The position numbers were made by a program, and so were the translations under genes. A DNA stretch of 64,000 bases from the human T2T-CHM13v2.0 reference genome, Homo sapiens. Below, in pieces: positions 52,497 through 64,000 of this stretch. The stretch's first letter is position 1, and each line of letters begins with the position of its first letter. The notes below the pieces were generated by a model. It saw only the letters and a list, made by a program, of their open reading frames with translations, was not told the origin of the DNA and made no database searches. The DNA lies in assembly GCF_009914755.1 (NCBI RefSeq), contig NC_060928.1; one strand, 5' to 3'.

Positions 52497-55400
52497 TCCC
52501 CATGCTCCTGCCACTGGGATTTCATCAGACAAAAAGAGCCAGTGAGAAAAGTTTCCAGACATGATCTGGAAATGACTTAATTGGGTTTTGATTGGAGCAA
52601 AACACAGTAAAATTCATGGTTTGATTTCTCAAATAATGCTACTGAAAGGGAAGAGTGGTACCAAGGTTATTAATTCAGTTTTCAGAAAATAGCCAAGCCT
52701 TGTTTCATTGACCAATTTTATATGAAGTTAGACATAAAACCAATCTTTCATGTATTTTGAGGTGGGTAAGGGTTTAGCCACCTGCCAGGGATTGTAGTCC
52801 CAGAGACACTCTGACCTGAGGGCCTTCTGTGTGCCTGGCTCTGGGCCTGGTGCTGGACAGACCATTCCTTAACTGTGCTAAGGGCCTCTGAGGCTGACGG
52901 TGGCACCCGCGAGTCACAGCAAGGAGATGAGCCCCAAGCGGTGGAGACCTGGTCCCTGGTCCCAGAATGAGCCAGTGGCTGTCAGGGTCCATCTGCCTCT
53001 GGGACTGGACTGTGTTACCACCCCTCACTGCCCAGACACTCAATCAGTGAGGGAAACTCTCTTTGTTACTTACTTTAAACCAGTATTTTTTTAGCACATT
53101 TTTTTTTTCATTTATTTTCATTCAACAAGGATTTATTGAGCATCTTGTATGTTCCAGGCACCGTCCTAGGCATTGGGGGAAACAGCAGCAAATAGAACAG
53201 AAGTCCCCGCCCTGCCAGCGAGAACTGACAGGAAACAGAACAAATGCATAGACGTGTGGGCTGTGGGGAGGACCCGCACTCTGGAGGACGGGGAACTGCC
53301 TGGAGGGGCGGCAGGCTCTGGGGGGTGAGAGGGGGTCGGCCTGCTGGGCAGAGCAGACAGAGATTGTCTGCAATAGCAAGGCCACAGTGGCAGGCTGCTG
53401 GCAAGAGCAGGAGGGGGTTAGAGGGGGACGGGACAGAGAGCAGGAAGCCCAGGCCATGCTGAACCACCTGTCACTTGTCATTGTCATCATTGTCAAGCCT
53501 TGAGTGTTGCTTCCTCTGATGGCCATGAAGCCATCGCAGGGCTCTGTGAAGAGTGATGTGATGAGACTGGGCTTGCCGGCCACTGGGAGAGAATGAATGG
53601 ACAGGGAGGAGGAAGGCCATTGGGGGCTTTGCAGCGATTCAGGTGAGAGTAAAGGTGACGCAGACCTCGGTGATGGCAGAGCAGGTGTGAGAAGTGATGG
53701 CAGATGACCGCTGTCAGATTCAGGATGGATCCTGAAGGCAGGTGGTGGAGAAGACTTCAGGCTGACTCCAAGATGGGCTGGAGGGAAGGGGGCACTCGCT
53801 GGAGCCAAGTCCTTGCAGTGGGGAGGACAGCAGCCAGCGCACGGGGAGTGTGTGGGCAGTTCCTCCAGTGACCGGAGAGGAGGCAGAGTCTGTGGCCAGT
53901 GCAGCACAGCTGGGGAGACGTGAGCAGGGCTGTGAACGGTCTCTTATGGAGCTTCTTTTTCTCAGATGGTCAGCCCCTAGTGGGGAGCAAAGGTGGGAGG
54001 CAGGTGTGAGGAAAGGGGAGGCTTGAAGGCTTGGAAAGCAGGGGTTTCCTCAACAGCATCAAGAGCCCATGCGGACCTGAAGGGAGGGGAGTGGCCGTGG
54101 TTGTGTGCTGGGCTTCTGCCACACCTGGACGGCGCAGGCTCAGAGCCAGCAGGGAGCTGCACTCGCCCAGCTCTGGTTTGTCCAGCAGCTAGAGAGAGGC
54201 CGGGGAGCTGGGCTGCATGCCAGGGAGTGACTAGAGGACAGACCATGGGCTCGACGCTGGCTCCAGTGGACGAGGAAATGGACACAGGGAACGGCAGGTT
54301 CAACAGGATGGGCAAAGCATGGTCCAAGTTGGGAGTCCATACACCTCCAGGCCAGAGTTAGAAAGATGAGAGGGACGCTCAGAGAGGAAGCTGCTTGGAG
54401 TGGAGCTGACAGAGTGCTTGCTGGCCAAGAGTCTGGGGTGTGACCAGGGAGAGAGTGGCTGGGGGTCACTGGGGGGATGGAGGATGAAGTCACTGGAGAA
54501 GAGAAGGCCACAGGACCAAGCAGCCAGGCATAGGCCCCTGCCTGGGTGTGGGCATTCCTAGCAGCTGTGCCTGGGTAACTGACATGGGCTGGCCGTGGCT
54601 GGAGAGGAGTTATTCTGATGTCCTTTTCATGTGTTTCCATATATGAAGCCATGGGTGCTACAGGCTCGTCCTGGAGCCAGGGGTCAGCCTGGAGTTCTCC
54701 CGGCTACCTCACTCTGCTTAGAGCTGACTGTTAAATAATGGAGTCTTCCTCCCACAGGACACTGACAGGGCTGCAAGAATGTATAAATATGTACCAGAAA
54801 TGGAGTCTGCCCCTAAGAGCTCACAGTTTAATGTTAGGCCTAAAACAAACAGAAATGACTGCAGTGAAAAAGCAGAATGGGCCGGGTGCGGTGGCTCATG
54901 CTATAATCCCAGCACTTTGGGAGGTCAAGGCAGGTGGATCATGAGGTCAGGAGTTTGAGACCAGCCTGGCCAAGATGGTGAAATCCTATCTCTACTAAAA
55001 AAAAAAAATTAGCCAGGTGCGGTGGTGGGCGCCTGTAATCCCAGGTACTCGGAAGGCTGTGCCACTGCACTCCAGCCTGGCGACAGAGCATGACTCCGTC
55101 TCAAAAAAGAAAAAAGAAAAGAAAAAGCAGAATGCATACTTGTTCTGCTAGGCTCGGGGAGGGGAAGAAAAATAAAGCAGGATGCAATGGGTGTCGTAAG
55201 TGGATAGAAACAAAGGCTCAGGGGCTTTCAAGATGAAATCCGTGGTGTTGGAGGTGCTGGGAAAGGAGGTGTCTGAGTGAGGGCTCTGTGTGAGAAGCTC
55301 TAGCTTTGAAGTTAGGGCCAGGTGAGTCTCAGCTCCCATTACAGGATCATCTCTCCCAGCTCAGTTTCTCATTTATGAAATGTAGATGAGAGTAGCTCTT

Positions 55401-55618
55401 ACTTTATAGGATTGTTGGGAGGATAAAATGAAGTAATACATGTAAAATGTTTAGTAGCAAATAATCCTCCATAATTACTAAGAGGAGAAACAGTTCGTTC
55501 TTAAAGAATGGGTTCTATGGGTTAACGACGTCACACAGCAACTGCTGGCAGCTGGACCTGAGGCCAGCTTTTGGACCAAGCCCCTCTCCTCTGCTCTGTG
55601 CTGCCTGGTCAGGCCATC

Positions 55619-56140
55619 TGTCTTAGTCCCTTTGGGCTGCTATGACAGAATCCCTTAGACTGAGTAATTTATCAACAGCAGAAGTTTATTTTCTCAGTCA
55701 GGAGGCTGGAAGTCCTAGATCAAGATGCCTGCAGATTTGGTGTTGGTGAGGGCTGCTCTCTGCTTCAAAGATGGAGCCTTGGCTGGAGCTGGTGGCTCAT
55801 ACCTGTAATCTTAGCACTTTGGGAGGCTGAGGTGGGAGGATCACTTGAGCCAAGGAGCTAGAGACCAGCCTGGGTAACACAGTGAGATGCCGTCTATATT
55901 TTAAAAGAAACAAAGAAAGAAAAGAAAAGAAAGAAAGATGGAGCCTTCTCACTGCACCCTCACAGGGCAGAGGACAAACCAGCTCCCTGGGGCCCCTTTT
56001 CTAATGGCAGGAATCCCATTCACGAGGGCAGAGCCTTCATGACCTCATCACCTCCAGAAGGTCCCACCTCTCAATACTATTGCATTGGGGATTAAGTTTC
56101 AGCTTACAGATTTGTGGGGGATACACACATTCAGAGCATC
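55619..56140 (-). mobile_element. MST/MLT1A-like LTR with an Alu monomer inserted
   Basis: tgtcttagtccctttgggctgct...ggggatacacacattcag; the Alu is flanked by TSD aaagatggagcctt. Confidence 0.78.
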
Positions 56141-57003
56141 CTGGCCCTCGATGGGAGTGGAGTATGCTGGCAGCAAGCTCAACCATGGGGCTGTGGAGTC
56201 CCTGAGATGCAGAAATGGTATTTGCATTACACTTAATTTTCAGATCTGTTTTATTAATTTATTTGTTGTTGTTTCTTTGAGACGGAGTCTCAAGAAACAG
56301 ATCTGGCCCAGGTTGGAGTACAGTGGTGCGACCTCAGCTCACTGCAGCATCTGCCTCCCGGGTTCAAGGGATTCTCCTGCCTCAGGCTCCTGAGTAGCTG
56401 GGACTACAGGCATCTGCCACCACGTCCGGCTAATTTTTGTATTTTTAGTAGAGACCGGGTTTCACCATGTTGGCCAGGATGGTCTTGATCTCCTGACCTC
56501 GTGATCCACCCACCTCGGCCTCCCAAAATGCTGGGATTACGGGCATGAGCCACTGCGCCCGGTCTTCACATCCGTTTTAAATTAACAAAGCATGCAAAGA
56601 ATAAACGCATTGAGCAACTGTTACTGAGCGCCTGCTCTGGCTAGGTGCTGGGGTATCACAGTGGGCCAGAGTCACACAGCCTTAGCTTCAGGAAGCTTTG
56701 AGTCTAGCAGGACAGCCTGGCAATAATGGCGCGTCCAAATGACTCATTCTCAGCAAGAAATACTTGTCATCGAGGAGAGGTGGAGGATCCCCTCAGGCTG
56801 TGGCAAAAAAATTTGGGGAGCCTAATCTAGTGCAGGTATGGGGGCCAGAAAGCTAAAACCTGAAGAATTTAGCAGGAGTCAGCAAGCCGAAGAGCTTTGT
56901 AGACACAGCCCTGGAGCAGGCACAGCCCAGCAAGGAGCTGAGAGCGGTGGGAGATAGAAGCGCAGACCAGAATGCTTTCTGGTCTTTGGGACTTTGAGTT
57001 GGC

Positions 57004-57182
57004 CAGGGATCAGCATACTTTTCTGTAAGGCCAGATGGTAAACAGCGTCTAGACTTTGCAGGTCTATTACAGCGATTCAACTCTGCCGCTATAGTGGAAA
57101 AGGGTGGTGTCGATAAAGCCTTGTTTCCAAAACCAGGCAGCTGGTGCCTGTGGTGGCTGGACTGTGGTTTCCCAAGCCCAGG
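57004..57182. mobile_element. MER58A-like hAT-Charlie element
   Basis: cagggatcagcatacttttctgtaagggccagatggtaaa resembles the recalled MER58A start. Confidence 0.65.
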
Positions 57183-57656
57183 TCTAGGTCACGTTTCAGG
57201 GGTCCAGGTCTTTCATGTGTTGCTTTTGAGCACAGCCCTGCTTTTTCTGATTGATGAGAATTGCGGAGGAAGGCTTATTTGCCTTTGTGATGATGGTAAA
57301 TATGTATGTGAGGAATACTTTCTAAAGAGATCCTTTCTGGTAATTTTAAGAATATACTAGAATACCAAAATATTAAGAAGATATTTTGAGAACGAGGTTT
57401 GCTAAGTGGTTGCCTCATCTGAGGTCCTTAGTGGTATTTCTGAAATTGACAACAGTTTCTGTTTCCTCTTTAAAAATCCCCACATTTTTATGATTAATTT
57501 TTTTAACTTAAGGAATAACATAGCCGACCCCTTATTTATTGATAGCTCAAAGGCAAAACCTTCGCCCCCCTCCTTTGTGAAGCGTCATATAATTTAATGA
57601 GTAAAGTCTGAGTTCCTGAGGTCTGCTTGATGCTTGGAAATTATTTGTTAGATGCA

Positions 57657-58233
<577 letters not shown>

Positions 58234-59722
58234 TAGGAACAGTGATCCGCACAGCACGGTTTTTCTCTTTCTTTTTTCAAAAATAGAGATGGGGGGTCTC
58301 ACTGTGTTGCCCAGGCTGGTCTTGCACTCCTGGCCTCAAGTGGTCCTCCACCTTGGCCTCCCACAGTGCTGGGATTATAGGCGTGAGCCACTGTGCCCGG
58401 CTGCAACACAGTTTTTTGTTTTTTTTTGTTTTTTATTACAACAGATACAGAATCAGCAGGTACAGTTAGCATGTGGCTTTTGCTCATGGTGCCTGTCCTA
58501 CCTGGTTCTTCTTCCCTCCCCCGTCACCCCAGTGTGCTTTGGCCACTCACTGGGCCCCTCACAGACCTCAGCGGTGCTCTAGCTCCCTGCCTCGTGTCAC
58601 TGTCAGCCTCACTGCTGGGGGAGCCCCCCAGGTAGCTGAGACCACAGCCACACACCACCCAGCTCATTTTCACTTCTTTTCTAGAGACGGGGGTCTCCCT
58701 ATGTTGCCCAGGCTACTTTTGAACTCCTGGCCCCAAGTGATCCTCCTGCCTTGACCTCCCAGAATGCTGGGATTACAGGCATGAGCCACTACGCCTGGCC
58801 ACCCGTGTCCCCTTTCTGGTCTCAGGGCTGGCTTTCTCTCTCATTCTTGTGTTTCCCACAGCCGTGAGGCCCTGCTTCCTTTGTCTGGAACGCGTGTCCC
58901 CACTCTGCTTCTCATGAGGTCCTGGGACTGTGGCCTGGCCCCGTACTGAGGACCCTGAAGTGGTCACTGTGCCTCCTTGTGAGTGTGCTGTTGGGACACC
59001 TTCCTCTGGACTGTCCCCGAGGGGCGGGGCCTGCCGGTCCACTTCCGCCTCCCCACCTTGAGGGGATGAATGAGTGAAGAGCAGCTACTCTAACAGCTGT
59101 GCTGACCGTGGCCTTTGGAGCCACTGCTTTGCTGAAACACTCACTGTAGTGCACAAGTCCTGGGTGAAAAGTTTCTCAGGACTGCGGGTGCCTCCGGCAT
59201 GAGCAGATGAGGGTCCCACAGCTGCCGACTTCCGTGCTTTTTGTTCCTTTGCCCTGAAAGTGCAAGGAACTGTACTGGCGGCAGGTGGAGACCCGGACCT
59301 TGGCACTCCCTCCTGCCTGCCTGACCCTCTGCCTCTGAGGACAGCAGTGCCGGGATAGGAGCTGCAGGCCTGGGTTCCTGTCCCAGAGGAGGGACCTGCT
59401 GATTCAGGGAGCTGAGCGGAGGGATGAGGTCCCTTGCAGCCTTGGAGACCACTCAGTGGACCTGCAGGAGGATGGGAAGTGGGAGCTGCTGCTGTTCCTC
59501 AGGCTTTCTCCGGGTGCTTTGCCAGGAGTGCACCAAGAATTGGAGGCAGGGGCGAGAATTGTCACTAAGGGATCCCACCGCTGGTGGCCTCAGTCCCTGT
59601 TCACACTTCTCCGGTTCTGTGCTGCATCTTCCAATACGTGCAGTCCACCCTGCCCTGCATCCCTGGCCTCTGTTTGCAATCCATTTTGCACTACGGAAAG
59701 GAGAAGGGCATGGCCTCAGGAG

Positions 59723-59724
<2 letters not shown>

Positions 59725-59763
<39 letters not shown>

Positions 59764-59787
59764 TGTGTATGTGTGTGTGTGTGTGTG
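59725..59787. repeat. Interrupted (TG)n microsatellite, probably marker D4S127
   Basis: About 31 dinucleotide units with two TA interruptions; flanks cctctgtttgcaatccattt and agccagggcatgcaagggac match my recollection of the D4S127 primers (155-bp span); marker identity not verified. Confidence 0.85.
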
Positions 59788-59901
59788 AGAAAGAGGGAGA
59801 GAGCCAGGGCATGCAAGGGACCTGGCACAGACAGTACCACAAAATTGGTGACACTAAAAGCTGGCGAACCACCTCTTCAGAGGACACATTCTGTGATTTA
59901 G

Positions 59902-60312
<411 letters not shown>

Positions 60313-60318
60313 TAAGAC

Positions 60319-63160
<2,842 letters not shown>

Positions 63161-63259
63161 GCACCCCCCACCCAAAAGTTTGTAAATGGTTGTCTGCACT
63201 TAAGGAAAGTGAAACCTTCGCATCAGCCGTGTGCCTGAGGCCGCCGCTGTGTGTTGTAG

Positions 63260-63313
63260 GGCTGCCTGACCATGGTCCCCAGTGAGAAGGAAGTGGAACC
63301 CAAGCAATGCTGA
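63260..63313 (+). CDS. GRK4: GRK4 exon 16, coding part (terminal exon)
   Basis: gtgttgtag|GGC...TGA; GCLTMVPSEKEVEPKQC*. With the recalled 52-nt exon 1 CDS the exons sum to 578 codons plus stop (alpha isoform). Confidence 0.95.
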   Translation, partial: GCLTMVPSEKEVEPKQC

Positions 63314-63392
63314 GCACCCCGGTGCGGACCACAGAGCAGACCCTGGCGCCAGGAAGGAGCATGTGTTAGCGTCTCGTCCCACCTGGAATTGT

Positions 63393-63412
63393 AATAAATA
63401 CATCTAAATAAA
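63393..63412 (+). terminator. GRK4: Tandem poly(A) signals of GRK4 (short 3' UTR of about 100-120 nt)
   Basis: AATAAA at 63393-63398 and 63407-63412, about 80-95 nt after the stop, followed by GT/T-rich sequence. Confidence 0.8.
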
Positions 63413-63520
63413 ACATGCCTTGGGAGTGTACAGACCTTTCTGCACTAATACCTGAGTTGTCTTTTCACTAAAGCTGGATTGAAGAAAAAGCCCCAAGAGT
63501 ACCCCTGAGGCCCCAGACAC

Positions 63521-63645
63521 GCCCAAGTGTGGGCGCCTTCCGTGCTGGGGTGCCCAGGTGTGGGCGCCTTGCGTGCTGGGGTGCCCAGGTGTGGGCGCCT
63601 TCCGTGCTGGGGTGCCCAGGTGTGGGCGCCTTGCATGCTAGGGTG
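63521..63645. repeat. 31-bp GC-rich minisatellite, 4 copies
   Basis: gtgtgggcgcctt recurs at 63527, 63558, 63589 and 63620. Confidence 0.95.
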
Positions 63646-64000
63646 GGAGCTTTCCCTGCACCCAGGGAGAGGCCAGCGGGGGCTTGGGAATGGATGACCC
63701 AGCACTGCAGTGCCTCGCGCCACCCCCAGACTTGGTCTCACCACTCGGCCAGAGATGTGGTGGTCCAGGAAGAGAGGGGGCGGCCGGGCCTCCCTTTCCC
63801 CAGGGCCCGGGTGTCAGACAGTCCGAGCCCGTTGGCATTCCTGCATCTCCCGATGGCTGTCCCGTTGCCTTGTGCCCCTCACCGAGATTCCTTCGGTTTG
63901 TGTGTTTGTGGCCAGTTTTCATTTTCTCTGAGCATATCTATCTGCCCTTGAAAGGGGCGGCTCCCCATGACCCTGCAGTCAGGGCCTGGCGGCCAGGGCT

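Noticed and set aside
53122-53907. 261-aa minus-strand ORF, the longest in the window
   Set aside because: Pro/Ser/Leu-rich with no domain and a non-ATG start; it overlaps purine-skewed, L2-like intronic DNA where stop-free frames arise by composition.

Overview
Primate (apparently human) genomic DNA, Alu-rich, carrying most of GRK4 (G protein-coupled receptor kinase 4; from memory chr4p16.3, near HTT) on the + strand. I traced coding exons 2-16 by hand (7189-63313). All introns are GT-AG, the phases are consistent and the frame is open to TGA at 63311-63313. Exon 1 and the promoter lie upstream of the window; two AATAAA signals follow the stop. The introns hold dozens of Alus, old L1/L2/MIR fragments, solo LTRs (MER52-like, MST/MLT-like) and Tigger/hAT DNA transposons. 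Almost all listed ORFs are repeat-derived or spurious. I found no convincing new gene or biological system. Best leads: (1) a candidate in-frame 81-nt cryptic exon whose donor is the first GT of a long (TG)n repeat in intron 13, which I believe is the HD-linkage marker D4S127; (2) an old templated duplication of an LTR end plus its flank into an L1; (3) the weakly defined, in-frame-skippable activation-loop exon 11; (4) local GC-biased sequence change; (5) two minisatellites next to exon 12 and the poly(A) site. Repeat subfamily names and residue numbering come from recalled consensus sequences, not from database searches.
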